Source: Acidimicrobiia bacterium
Lineage (GTDB): Bacteria; Actinomycetota; Acidimicrobiia; Spongiisociales; UBA5794
Assembly (NCBI GenBank): GCA_029939995.1
Contig: JAOZRW010000002.1
Span: 18,265-82,264 of the forward strand
DNA length: 64,000 nucleotides
Reading direction: 5' to 3'
In this document: positions 38,934-48,187 of the stretch, one piece after another
Position numbering within the stretch: the stretch's first letter is position 1
Layout: the number at the start of each line of letters is the position of its first letter
The notes under the pieces: generated by a model
Databases searched by the model: none
Seen by the model: the letters and a program-made list of their open reading frames with translations, nothing else
What the model was told of the DNA's origin: nothing
Program-made: the position numbers and the translations under genes

Positions 38934-39713
38934 TCAGCGTCTGAACAAAGCGAGCACGTCGTCGTGGAGCAGGCCGTTCGTGGAGAGGCTGCTCCCGGTC
39001 GAGAAGTCCGGCATCCCATCGAGATCCGTGTACCGCCCGCCTGCTTCTTCGACGATGATCTGCACGGCCGCCATGTCCCACGGGTTCACGCTCGCTTCGA
39101 TCGCCACGTCGACGGCTCCCTCGGCGACGAGCATGTGCTGCCAGAAGTCCCCGAAGCCGCGCACGCGCCAGGACCGGTCGGCGAGGTTCGTGATGCCCTC
39201 CAACCAGCCGCGCCGTGCGAACTCGGCCCTCTCGTTGAACGAGATCTGCGCGTCCCCGATGCTCGCCACTCCGGACACGGCGAGCGGCTCATCGTTCCCC
39301 CATGCGCCCAGACCCGCGGCACCCCACCATCGACGATGGAGCGACGGCGCGGAGACGACGCCGACGACGGGGCGTCCTTCGTGCACGAGGGCGATCAGCG
39401 TTCCCCACACCGGGATCCCGCGCATGTAGTTCATCGTGCCGTCGATCGGGTCGAGCACCCACTGCCACGCTCCCCCACCGGTCTCGCCGAACTCCTCGCC
39501 CAGGATCGAGTGCTCCGGCCTGCCGTCTTCGATGGCTCTGATGAGCGCCCGCTCCGTCGCCCGGTCCGCGTCCGTCACCGGGGTCCTGTCCGGTTTCGTG
39601 TCGACGACGAGATCCGACGCGCGGAAGCGGGGCATCGTGATCGCGTCGGCCTCGTCGGCGAGGCGAAGTGCAAACGAGAGCTCGTCGGCGAGGTCGTTGT
39701 GCATGTGAGTCAT
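38934..39713 (-). CDS. hisN: inositol monophosphatase family protein, probable histidinol-phosphatase
   Basis: IMPase motifs DPIDGT and WDMAA, with an actinobacterial HisN-like pattern. ATG 39713 is preceded by GGGAGGG. Confidence 0.8.
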   Translation of the reverse strand: MTHMHNDLADELSFALRLADEADAITMPRFRASDLVVDTKPDRTPVTDADRATERALIRAIEDGRPEHSILGEEFGETGGGAWQWVLDPIDGTMNYMRGIPVWGTLIALVHEGRPVVGVVSAPSLHRRWWGAAGLGAWGNDEPLAVSGVASIGDAQISFNERAEFARRGWLEGITNLADRSWRVRGFGDFWQHMLVAEGAVDVAIEASVNPWDMAAVQIIVEEAGGRYTDLDGMPDFSTGSSLSTNGLLHDDVLALFRR

Positions 39714-39753
39714 CAGCCCTCCCGGTCCGTGCATCGTCGGAGGGTAGCCACGC

Positions 39754-40053
39754 TCACTCCGGCCTCCCCCACAGCCGGAGCTCGTCCATCCCCGGGTCTC
39801 CTTCGGCTTCGAGCTTCCGGATCGTCGCCTTGAACGACTCCAGCTCCTCGTTGAGCCGGTACCGGCCCGACGCTGCGTCGACCCAGTCTTCAACGGCCGC
39901 CTGCACATCCTCGGTCGACGCATGAACGGCGGGGATCTCCACGACCGTGATCATCGGGGCGGACGACCGGAAGACGACGGCGCCGAGCGCGTCACCGTCC
40001 CGCGTGAGGGCCCACTCGACGTATGCGGGCTTCCCGATCCACGGCGCTCTCAT
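39754..40053 (-). CDS. hypothetical protein
   Basis: 99 codons with high GC3 throughout. No family recognised. Confidence 0.55.
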   Translation of the reverse strand: MRAPWIGKPAYVEWALTRDGDALGAVVFRSSAPMITVVEIPAVHASTEDVQAAVEDWVDAASGRYRLNEELESFKATIRKLEAEGDPGMDELRLWGRPE

Positions 40054-40163
40054 CCCGGGCCGATCTCCTTCGTCATCCGTTGCCCACGACGACGGTGGCC
40101 ACCGTTCGACGCGTTCGTTGATTCACGAGATGAGGCCCCCCGCAGTGCAGAGGACCTCTTCCG

Positions 40164-40237
40164 TCGGGCTGGCCGGATTTGAACCGGCGACCTCTTGACC
40201 CCCAGTCAAGCGCGCTGCCATGCTGCGCCACAGCCCG
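40164..40237 (-). tRNA. tRNA-Pro (anticodon GGG)
   Basis: Hand-folded 74-nt cloverleaf. Acceptor CGGGCTG/CAGCCCG, anticodon stem CTTGA/TCAAG with loop CTGGGGG, T-arm GCCGG-TTCAAAT-CCGGC. CCA is not encoded. Confidence 0.9.
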
Positions 40238-40301
40238 TACACCTCCATGCTACCGGCCCCCGAGGTGAAGCCTCCGTTGGAACCGGCCGTACGTGTCCCG
40301 G

Positions 40302-40883
40302 TCAGGCTTCGTTGTCGTACTCCTCGACCGCGATGATGACCTCGTCCGCGACACCGTCCCCGTCCACGTCCACTGCGACCGCACCGACCACGGTCGCTTC
40401 GACCTCGTCGAGCACTCCGTCACCCGTGACGTCGATGCCGCTCGCTTCCACGACGGTCGTTTCAGAAACGTCGAACTGGCCGTCACCCGTCGTGTCGTAC
40501 GCGATCGTCGTCGTTTCGGTGATCTCGATCGTGTCCGGCCGGCCGTCGCCGCTGACGTCCATCACCACTTCTTCCGTCACGACGCGCGTCCCGACGTCCG
40601 GCGTGCCGTCCCCGTCCACGTCAACGACCGTCTCGGTGATCGTGGTCGTCTCGACGATGTCGGGGGTGCCGTCCCCGTCCACGTCGATCTCCCGAACCTC
40701 CGTCGTCCTGACGGCGACGCCGTCTGCGATCCCGTCTCCGTCGACGTCGATCTCCTTCGCGACGACATCGGTCATCACGACCTCGTTGTCCGAGCTCTCG
40801 ACCGAGATCTCCTCGACGCCGTTCAGCTCTTCGGGTGCTTCGTCTGTCGCCACGGGCGCCTGGTCGTCGGTACCGGATTCCAT
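40302..40883 (-). CDS. highly acidic repeat protein with seven DxDGDG-type putative calcium-binding motifs
   Basis: 193 aa from MESGTDD (ATG 40883). Seven ~21-aa repeats, each containing D-x-[DST]-G-D-G-x-x-D. No signal peptide or membrane span visible. Confidence 0.7.
   Translation of the reverse strand: MESGTDDQAPVATDEAPEELNGVEEISVESSDNEVVMTDVVAKEIDVDGDGIADGVAVRTTEVREIDVDGDGTPDIVETTTITETVVDVDGDGTPDVGTRVVTEEVVMDVSGDGRPDTIEITETTTIAYDTTGDGQFDVSETTVVEASGIDVTGDGVLDEVEATVVGAVAVDVDGDGVADEVIIAVEEYDNEA
40305..40751 (-). repeat. in-frame tandem coding repeats (about 63-66 bp period) encoding the DVDGDG units
   Basis: Repeated GACGTSGACGGNGACGG-type strings on the minus strand. Units begin IDVDGDGIAD, IDVDGDGTPD, VDVDGDGTPD, MDVSGDGRPD, YDTTGDGQFD, IDVTGDGVLD and VDVDGDGVAD. 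Confidence 0.8.
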
Positions 40884-41027
40884 TCGCGTTCCTTTGGTTC
40901 GGGGAGGCGATCGTACCGTCACCGGAGCCGTTTGTCTCCCCGTCCCCTGCATCGTCGCGGCGACTCGATAGGATTGGGGAATGCTCTTCCGTGTGCACGC
41001 GGCACCGCTCCATCGCTTGGTCGTGCC

Positions 41028-42680
41028 GTGAGTTCCGCGTCCGACTGGTTCTTCCTCATCATGGGGTTCTTCGGGGGCCTCTCCCTCTTCCTGCTCGGGA
41101 TGGACCGAACGATCAGCGGATTCAAAGGAATCGCCGGTAACCGTCTCCGTTGGGTCCTGTCACATCTCACCGGAAACCGCTTCTCGGGCGTGCTCTCCGG
41201 CGCCACCATCACCGCGCTCATCCAGTCTTCGAGCGTCACCACCGTCGTCCTCGTCGGGTTGATCTCGGCAGACGCCATGTCCCTCACACAGGCGATACCC
41301 GTCATCTTCGGCGCCAACATCGGTTCGACCGTCACGGCGCAGATCATCGCGTTCCAGGTGACGAAGTACGCCCTCGGAGTCGTCACGATCGGATACGCGA
41401 TCGAGTTCTTCGCGAAGCAGGAACTCCTCGAACGCATCGGTCGAACCATCATGGGACTCGGCCTCGTCTTCTTCGGCTTGTCCGTGATGGGCCTGTCGAT
41501 GCAGCCGCTCCAGGAGTATCAACCGTTCCTCGACATGATGTCGGCGATCTCGAACGTCTGGATCGGCATCGCCATCGGGGCGCTGTTCACCGGCCTCATC
41601 CAGTCCTCTGCCGCCACGACCGCCATCGTCATCTCGATGGCGGCTAGGGGTCTCATCACGCTCGACCTGGCGATCGCACTCGTTCTGGGGGCCAACATCG
41701 GGACCTCGATCACGGCTCAGCTCGCCGCGATCGGCAAACCCGCCGAGGCACGGAGAGCAGCGTTCGTGCACACGACGTTCAACGTGGTCGGTGCGCTGAT
41801 CTGGGTGCCGTTCATCAACGTGCTCGCAGCGATCGCCATCCGCCTCTCCCCGCCGGGTGACGTCGCCAGACAGGTCGCATGGGCGCACACGACGTTCAAC
41901 GTGGCGAACGTGCTGATCTTCATCTGGTTCACGAAGTGGTTCGCCCGGCTTGCCGACCTCGCCATCAAAACGAAGCCGGAGGACGAGGCTCGGAGGATCG
42001 AGCCCCGGTATCTCAGCCCCGAACTGTTGGCGACCCCGTCGATCGCCCTCGATCATGCCCGCAAGGAGATCGGCCGCATGGGATCCCACGTCCGGGACAT
42101 GGTCGTCGACGGCGTCGCGGCGGCGATCTCGGGGAACTCGGCGGACCTCGAGACGGTCGCGGCCGCCGACGACGACGTCGACGTGCTCCATGCACGGGTG
42201 GTCACGTACCTCGCCCGCATCTCGGAAGGCGAGATCACGAGGGAGCAGACCGACGAGCTGCTGGGCCTGCTCGAAGCTGCGGGCGACATGGAGGCCATCG
42301 GTGATGCCGTTTCGAAGAACCTCGTCTCCGACGGACGCAAGCGCATCGAGGCGGGGATCGTCATCTCGGCGCCCACGCGAGCGATTCTCGCTGATCTCGC
42401 CGACGAGGTGATCGCGGCCGTCGACACGGCCACCGCCGCGCTCGCATCCGACGATCCCGAGGCGGCGCAGCGAGCCATCGACATGAAACCCGAGATCACC
42501 GCCCGTACGGCCGAGGCTCGGGGCCACCAACTCGAGCGGCTCACCGTCGACGAGCCGCACCGGTTTGCCGCCTACCGGATCGAAGCCGACATCATCGAGG
42601 ACCTGAAGCGGATCTACTACTACGCGAAACGGGCCGCGCGGGTCGGGGTTCCCGGCCACCGTGGCGCGGACGAGTCCTGA
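41028..42680 (+). CDS. Na/Pi cotransporter family protein with C-terminal PhoU-like domains
   Basis: GGLSLFLLGM, TALIQSSSVTT and a second GLIQSSAATTAI repeat, then a helical PhoU-like tail. GTG 41028 chosen (ATG 41061 is an alternative). The 5' 245 codons of track ORF 40293..42680 are antisense to the acidic repeat gene. Confidence 0.85.
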   Translation: MSSASDWFFLIMGFFGGLSLFLLGMDRTISGFKGIAGNRLRWVLSHLTGNRFSGVLSGATITALIQSSSVTTVVLVGLISADAMSLTQAIPVIFGANIGSTVTAQIIAFQVTKYALGVVTIGYAIEFFAKQELLERIGRTIMGLGLVFFGLSVMGLSMQPLQEYQPFLDMMSAISNVWIGIAIGALFTGLIQSSAATTAIVISMAARGLITLDLAIALVLGANIGTSITAQLAAIGKPAEARRAAFVHTTFNVVGALIWVPFINVLAAIAIRLSPPGDVARQVAWAHTTFNVANVLIFIWFTKWFARLADLAIKTKPEDEARRIEPRYLSPELLATPSIALDHARKEIGRMGSHVRDMVVDGVAAAISGNSADLETVAAADDDVDVLHARVVTYLARISEGEITREQTDELLGLLEAAGDMEAIGDAVSKNLVSDGRKRIEAGIVISAPTRAILADLADEVIAAVDTATAALASDDPEAAQRAIDMKPEITARTAEARGHQLERLTVDEPHRFAAYRIEADIIEDLKRIYYYAKRAARVGVPGHRGADES

Positions 42681-42686
42681 CGGCGA

Positions 42687-42836
42687 TCAGCTGCCGAGCC
42701 ATCCGATGAGAGCGACGATTCCCTGGATCAGACGCCATCCGAGGTAGATCGTGAGCGCACCCAGGAGGAGCACGAACCCGACGGGGCGGCGCTCTCGATC
42801 CCCGATCGACCCTGCCTCGCGATCGGCCTCGGTCAT
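42687..42836 (-). CDS. small predicted membrane protein (49 aa), translationally coupled to the carboxyltransferase
   Basis: Not in the track (under 60 aa). Reads MTEADREAGSIGDRERRPVGFVLLLGALTIYLGWRLIQGIVALIGWLGS. High GC3. Its ATG overlaps the upstream TGA (ATGA at 42833-42836). Confidence 0.5.
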   Translation of the reverse strand: MTEADREAGSIGDRERRPVGFVLLLGALTIYLGWRLIQGIVALIGWLGS

Positions 42837-44365
42837 ACCGGGGGAACGCCGTGCCGGCGCGCGGAGAACGTCCGGTCCTTCCGTGCAGCGTACCGTAGAC
42901 GCATGATCAGCTCTCTTCTGATCTCCTCCGGTTGAATCACGGCGTCGACCACCGTCTCCGATGCAAGTCGCAGGAGATCGACGTCGGCCGAGTACTCCGC
43001 CCGACGCTCCTCTATGAACGCCTCACGCTCGTCGGGGGGCAGCGCCTCGATCTTGTTGAAGTAGACGGCGTTGATCGCCGCCTCCGGTCCCATGACCGCG
43101 ATCTCGGCGGTTGGGAGCGCAAGCGTCGCGTCCGGGCGGAACCCCGGCCCCGAGAAGGCGTAGAGGCCGGCACCGTAGGCTTTGCGCACGATGACCGAGA
43201 TCCGCGGGACCGTCGCTTCGGCGATGGCGGTCAGCATCTTCGCACCGGCCCGGATGATGCCTTCCCGTTCGACCTTCGTGCCGATCATGAATCCGGGGAC
43301 GTCTGCGAAGAAGAGCAGCGGGATGTTCATCGCGTCGCAGAGCCACATGAACCGCGCCGCCTTGTCGGCGGAGTCGACGAAGAGCACCCCGCCGAGATGG
43401 CTCGGTTGAGACGCGACGATGCCGACGGGCTTCCCGTCGAGGAGGGCGAACGCGGTGATCACCTCGCGCGCGAACCGCTCCTTGATCTGGAACAGCGAAC
43501 CGTCGTCGACGATCCCCCGGAGGAACTCGAGCATGTCGTATCCGGCCTTCGGATCCTCCGGGAGGATCTCGGCGGGCCGGTATCCGTCCTCGGGATGGGA
43601 TGGGGCGTATGCGGGAGGAAGCACCTTCGTGTGGTCGGCTACGTAGCTGAAGTAGTCCTGGGCCCACGCGATCGCTTCCTCATCGCTCGAGACGAGGGCA
43701 TCGCCGCAGCCGGACACTTCGCAGTGCATCCTCGCGCCGCCCATCTCCTCGAGCGTGGTCTCCTCGCCGATCACCATCTGCGCCATCCTCGGCGACCCGA
43801 GGTACATCGAAGCTCGTCCCTCGACCATCACGACGACGTCGCAGAACGACGGGATGTAGGCGCCGCCCGCTGCGGACGGCCCGAACAGGCAGCAGACCTG
43901 CGGCACCCTTCCGGACAGCCGGATCTGGTTGTAGAAGATCTTCCCGGCTCCCCTGCGCCCCGGGAACAGATCGACCTGGTCGGTGATCCGGGCACCGGCC
44001 GAGTCGACGAGGAAGAACACGGGGAGGAGTTCGTCGTATGCCGCTTCGAGCGCCCGGATGATCTTCTCGACCGTGAGCCGGCCCCAGCTCCCCGCTTTCA
44101 CCGTCGGGTCGTTGGCGATCACCATCACCGGCCGCCCGTCGATCGTGCCGCGGCCGGTGACGACCGCGTCGGCGCCGTGGCCGTCGGTCATCGCGTTGGC
44201 CAGCAATCCGTCCTCGACGAACGAACCGGGGTCGCACAGGAGGTCGACGCGGTCGCGAACGAAGAGTTTGCCCTGCGTCTTGAGCTTCTCGTGGTACTTC
44301 TCGGGGCCGCCCGCAGCCGCCCGATCCGTGGCCTCGTGGAATCGGTCGCTCAGGGATCCGGTCAC
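42833..44365 (-). CDS. acyl-CoA carboxylase carboxyltransferase (beta) subunit
   Basis: PF01039-like two-domain pattern (GRLFVRDR-type N-terminus, GPSAAGGAYIP, RKAYGAGLYA). GTG 44365 is preceded by GGGGGAGGGA and overlaps the der stop (GTGA). Confidence 0.9.
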   Translation of the reverse strand: MTGSLSDRFHEATDRAAAGGPEKYHEKLKTQGKLFVRDRVDLLCDPGSFVEDGLLANAMTDGHGADAVVTGRGTIDGRPVMVIANDPTVKAGSWGRLTVEKIIRALEAAYDELLPVFFLVDSAGARITDQVDLFPGRRGAGKIFYNQIRLSGRVPQVCCLFGPSAAGGAYIPSFCDVVVMVEGRASMYLGSPRMAQMVIGEETTLEEMGGARMHCEVSGCGDALVSSDEEAIAWAQDYFSYVADHTKVLPPAYAPSHPEDGYRPAEILPEDPKAGYDMLEFLRGIVDDGSLFQIKERFAREVITAFALLDGKPVGIVASQPSHLGGVLFVDSADKAARFMWLCDAMNIPLLFFADVPGFMIGTKVEREGIIRAGAKMLTAIAEATVPRISVIVRKAYGAGLYAFSGPGFRPDATLALPTAEIAVMGPEAAINAVYFNKIEALPPDEREAFIEERRAEYSADVDLLRLASETVVDAVIQPEEIRRELIMRLRYAARKDRTFSARRHGVPPV

Positions 44366-45681
44366 CGTTCCCTCCCCCGGCGCACCCGCGCGACCACCCG
44401 CACGGGAGTTCCTTCGAAGTCGTAGGTCTCTCGGAGTCGTCGTTCGATGAACCGAAGATAGTCGGGTCCGAGGTCGCCGCCGCGTACGAACAGGATGAAC
44501 GTCGGCGGTTCGCTCTCCGCTTGGACGGCGTAGATGATGTGGGGACGCTTGTTCTTGCGAACCGGCGGGGGATGGGCTTCCTGGAGGGCCCGTACGAGGC
44601 GGTTGAGCTCCGGGGTCGGTATCCGTCTCCTCCGGTTCTCGAGCACCCGGCGGATCGCTGCGGGGAGCCTCACGAGGCGGGACCCCGTCTTCGCCGAGAC
44701 GCGCAGGATCGGGGCCCAATCGACGAACGCGAGACGATCGGCGACCGAGTCCTCCGTGTGGAGACGCTCGTCCTCGTCGCGGATGTCCCACTTGTTGAGG
44801 ACGAGGATCAGCCCGGCGCCCGCGGTGACGATCTCCTCTGCGAGACGCTGTTCCTGATGTGTGGCCCCTTTGGTTCCATCGATCATCAGCAGGGCCACGT
44901 CCGCCTGCGCCAGTACCTCCCTGGCTCGCATCACGGCGTACCGTTCGACGTCGTCGTTGATCTTCGTGCGGCGCTTGATCCCGGCCGTGTCGATGATCTC
45001 GAACGGCTCACCGTCGAGTTCGACGACGAGGTTGATCGGGTCTCTCGTCGTGCCCGGAACTTCCGAGACGAGAACGCGGTCCTCTCCCGCCAGCCGGTTC
45101 AGCAGCGTCGACTTGCCGACGTTCGGCCTCCCGATGATGGCCAGACTCGCGATCACGTCGTCGGCGGCCGCCTCACCGGGCTCCGGCAAGGCATCGACGA
45201 GATGGTCGAGGAGGTCCCCCGTGTTCCTCCCGTGCAGGGCGGAGATCGGGATCGGTTCGCCGAGACCCAGCGACCAGACGTGTGCCAGATCGGCCTCCGC
45301 CGCCGCCGAATCGACCTTGTTCGCGACGAAGAGGTACGGCACTCCGCTGCGCTGCAGGATGCGGGCGACGCCGACGTCGTCGTCGCTCAGCGCCGCCGTG
45401 CCGTCGGTCACGAACACGACCACGTCGGCACCGCCTACGGCGATCTCAGCCTGTTCCCGGATGTCTGCCGTCAGTTGCTCTCCCGGCCGGTACTCCCACC
45501 CGCCCGTGTCGACGACGATGAACTCCCGGCCGTTCCAGTCCGCCGTGAACTCGCGCCGGTCTCTGGTGACACCCGCCTGTTCGTCCACCACTGCGGCCTT
45601 GCGCCTCACGATCCGGTTGACGAGGGTCGACTTCCCGACGTTGGGGCGGCCGAGAATCACTACGACTGGAAGTCTGCTCAT
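44362..45681 (-). CDS. der: ribosome biogenesis GTPase Der (EngA)
   Basis: Two tandem GTPase domains (GRPNVGKSTLVNR and GRPNVGKSTLLNR, DTGG/DTAG, NKVD/NKWD) plus a KH-like C-terminus. Confidence 0.93.
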   Translation of the reverse strand: MSRLPVVVILGRPNVGKSTLVNRIVRRKAAVVDEQAGVTRDRREFTADWNGREFIVVDTGGWEYRPGEQLTADIREQAEIAVGGADVVVFVTDGTAALSDDDVGVARILQRSGVPYLFVANKVDSAAAEADLAHVWSLGLGEPIPISALHGRNTGDLLDHLVDALPEPGEAAADDVIASLAIIGRPNVGKSTLLNRLAGEDRVLVSEVPGTTRDPINLVVELDGEPFEIIDTAGIKRRTKINDDVERYAVMRAREVLAQADVALLMIDGTKGATHQEQRLAEEIVTAGAGLILVLNKWDIRDEDERLHTEDSVADRLAFVDWAPILRVSAKTGSRLVRLPAAIRRVLENRRRRIPTPELNRLVRALQEAHPPPVRKNKRPHIIYAVQAESEPPTFILFVRGGDLGPDYLRFIERRLRETYDFEGTPVRVVARVRRGRER

Positions 45682-47060
45682 GCCGCCGCTCCTTCGATGA
45701 GACCCCCGGCGGTCGCCGGGGTGACGATGATGGGTGCTGATGCCGCTCTCCGCAAGTCCTCGAGCGACGTGTCGTCGAGGAAACGATCTCCGGAGAGTGC
45801 CACGTCGGGGAGAAGGTAGCGGGCAACGCCGCGATCGTTGGCCGCTACGACCGTCTGAAGGTCGGATCCGACGAGAAGGCCGGCAACGCCGGTGTTCCCG
45901 CCGAAGAAGCGGTTCTCCACCTCGATGACCTGTAGATCTCTTCCGCTCAGCCGTTCCAGACTCGGGACCAGCGGCTTCAACGCGGCTGCGCCGTACGTGC
46001 CGGTGAGGATGCCGACGGGCCCGTCGTTCGCTTCGGGATCGGCTCCGGTGTGGCGAGGTGCCCGGTAACCCTCTCCCGGAGCGGAGGGGATCGTCCGCCA
46101 TTCCCCGGTCGCGACGGGCCCGGTCCCTGCGAGTCCCCGCTCGAGCGCGCGAACCTCCTCGATGAAGGCCCGCACCATGCCGATCCCGTTCTCGTGCTGC
46201 GCGAAGTCCTCGTATTCCTCGGCCGACGGCACCTCCCGACCGGCGAGGAGGTACAGCTCGTCCGATGCGAAGAACATCCGGCGACCGATCCGCCGCTCCG
46301 CTTCACCCTGCCAGAACGCTACGGCGTCGAGATCGTCGCCGGCTTCCTCCGGCGTGTGGACCCGCAGGTTGGCCTCGGTGTTGTACCGGGAGAGCCCGAG
46401 CGGGACGATCCCGACGGATGCCAGCCCCGGGTAGCGGCTCAGGATCTCCGCGGCGGTGCGATCGAGGATGGGGCCGTTGTTGATCCCGGGGCAGAGCACG
46501 ATCTGCCCGTGGACGGTGACGTCGTTCTCGAGAAGCGCCCGGAGCCATCGAAGCGAGGTCGCTCCCCTCGGATTCCGCAACATGCGGGTGCGTACCACCG
46601 GATCGGTGGCATGGATCGAGACGTAGAGGGGGCCGAGGCGCTCCTCAACCACCCTCACGAGGTCCAGTTCGGTGAATCGGGTCAGCGTGGTGAAGTTCCC
46701 GTACAGGAACGACAGCCGGTAGTCGTCGTCTTTCAGGTAGAGCGTCTCGCGCATGCCGGGGGGGAGCTGGTAGATGAAGCAGAATTCGCAATGGTTGTCG
46801 CAGGTCTGCACCCGGTCGAAGATCGACGACGACAGTCGGATTCCCAGGGGCTCACCGACCGTCTTCTCGATCCTGAGGGTCCGCTCCCCCGCCGTCGTGG
46901 CGATCGTGACGTCGAGTTCGGCGTCGTCGACCAGCTGCTGATACTCGATCACGTCGGACGGGACGATGCCGTTCACCGAGATCAGCTCATCACCGACGGA
47001 CAGGCCCGCCTCATCGGCCGGACTGTTGCTGACGATCTCGATCACGGTGGGGTTGGACAT
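45678..47060 (-). CDS. DUF512 domain protein with N-terminal PDZ domain and CxxxCxxC cluster
   Basis: PDZ-like SPADEAGLSVGDELISVNG, CDNHCEFCF cysteine motif and a DUF512-like C-terminal half. ATGA overlap with der. Confidence 0.82.
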   Translation of the reverse strand: MSNPTVIEIVSNSPADEAGLSVGDELISVNGIVPSDVIEYQQLVDDAELDVTIATTAGERTLRIEKTVGEPLGIRLSSSIFDRVQTCDNHCEFCFIYQLPPGMRETLYLKDDDYRLSFLYGNFTTLTRFTELDLVRVVEERLGPLYVSIHATDPVVRTRMLRNPRGATSLRWLRALLENDVTVHGQIVLCPGINNGPILDRTAAEILSRYPGLASVGIVPLGLSRYNTEANLRVHTPEEAGDDLDAVAFWQGEAERRIGRRMFFASDELYLLAGREVPSAEEYEDFAQHENGIGMVRAFIEEVRALERGLAGTGPVATGEWRTIPSAPGEGYRAPRHTGADPEANDGPVGILTGTYGAAALKPLVPSLERLSGRDLQVIEVENRFFGGNTGVAGLLVGSDLQTVVAANDRGVARYLLPDVALSGDRFLDDTSLEDLRRAASAPIIVTPATAGGLIEGAAA

Positions 47061-47118
47061 CGGTGCTGCGGATGGTACCCGTCCCGCCTCCAGACCTGAT
47101 GCCGGTATCCTGGCTCCC

Positions 47119-48165
47119 ATGTCTCCCAGGGTGTTCCTCGCCGAACCGCGCGGCTTCTGCGCCGGAGTCGAGATGGCGATCAAGTCGCTGACCTGGATGG
47201 TCCAGATCTTCGAGCCGCCGGTGTACTGCTATCACGAGATCGTGCACAACGCCGCCGTCGTCGACGCGTTCGAACGTGCCGGCGTGGTCTTCGTGGATTC
47301 CGTGGATGACGTGCCGGCGGGAAGCCCCGTCATGCTCTCGGCCCACGGATCCTCCCCGGACGTCGTGACGGCAGCGGAAAGCCGGGCGGCGGTGATGATC
47401 GACGCGGTCTGTCCTCTCGTCACGAAGGTCCATCATGAGATGCGCCGCATGTCGGATGCCGGCTACGACATCATCTACGTCGGGCACGAAGGCCACGACG
47501 AGGCGATCGGCGCCATCGCCGAAGCCCCGTCTGCATCCACGCTGATCGACCCCGTCGACGGTCTCGGTGCGTTCGATCCGAGAGATCCCGAGAAGGTCGC
47601 GCTCCTCGCTCAGACGACCCTCGGCCTCTACGAGTGGCAAGGCATCCTCGACGACGCCGAAGTGCGCTTCCCGAGTCTGCAGACGGCACGCAAGAGCGAC
47701 CTCTGCTACGCGACCACGAACCGTCAGACGGCCATTCTGCGGCTCACCGAAGTCTGCTCCGTCATCCTCGTCGTGGGCTCGGAGAACTCGTCGAACACCC
47801 AGGCGTTGGTTCGGGTCGCCCAGAAGGCGGGGGTGCGCGCCTATCGGGTCGACGGCCCGGGAGACGTCGACCCGTCGTGGTTCACCGACGCCGACGTCGT
47901 CGGCGTCACCGCGGGAGCCTCAGCCCCGGATCAGCGTGTCCGCGCCGTCATCGAAGCGGTCGCTCCGGGTGGCACCGTCGAGGTTCTCCGTGTGACGGAC
48001 GAGGATGAGTACTTCCCGCTTCCGCCGCGGCTGCGTTCGTTCGTCACGACGCTTCAGGCCCTCGTGGAAGGGGCGTTCTCCGCTCCCGAGCCGGGACGGT
48101 CCGGCCCGATCGAGAACGACCGCGGATGGGACGCGAGCGAGGCACTCGAGCTCCTGGACGTGTGA
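47119..48165 (+). CDS. ispH: 4-hydroxy-3-methylbut-2-enyl diphosphate reductase
   Basis: EPRGFCAGV, HEIVHN, AVCPLVTKVH and SSNT motifs. ATG 47119 within ORF 46966..48165. Confidence 0.92.
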   Translation: MSPRVFLAEPRGFCAGVEMAIKSLTWMVQIFEPPVYCYHEIVHNAAVVDAFERAGVVFVDSVDDVPAGSPVMLSAHGSSPDVVTAAESRAAVMIDAVCPLVTKVHHEMRRMSDAGYDIIYVGHEGHDEAIGAIAEAPSASTLIDPVDGLGAFDPRDPEKVALLAQTTLGLYEWQGILDDAEVRFPSLQTARKSDLCYATTNRQTAILRLTEVCSVILVVGSENSSNTQALVRVAQKAGVRAYRVDGPGDVDPSWFTDADVVGVTAGASAPDQRVRAVIEAVAPGGTVEVLRVTDEDEYFPLPPRLRSFVTTLQALVEGAFSAPEPGRSGPIENDRGWDASEALELLDV

Positions 48166-48187
48166 TCGGCGGTCCGTTCAGCCGATC
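48164..48187. terminator. candidate bidirectional terminator hairpin between convergent ispH and cmk
   Basis: GATCGGC (48164-48170) pairs with GCCGATC (48181-48187) around a 10-nt loop. It overlaps both stop codons. No U-tract. Confidence 0.3.

Noticed and set aside
40305-40751. Regularly spaced DNA repeats considered as a CRISPR-like array or minisatellite.
   Set aside because: The repeats are in frame within a high-GC3 ORF and encode a coherent DxDGDG protein repeat. The spacers are conserved in length and character, and no cas genes are present.
40164-40952. tRNA-Pro as the attachment site of an integrated island carrying the acidic repeat gene.
   Set aside because: There is no integrase, no recognisable direct repeat of the tRNA 3' half nearby, no compositional shift visible by eye, and the flanking genes (hisN, Na/Pi transporter) are ordinary chromosomal genes.
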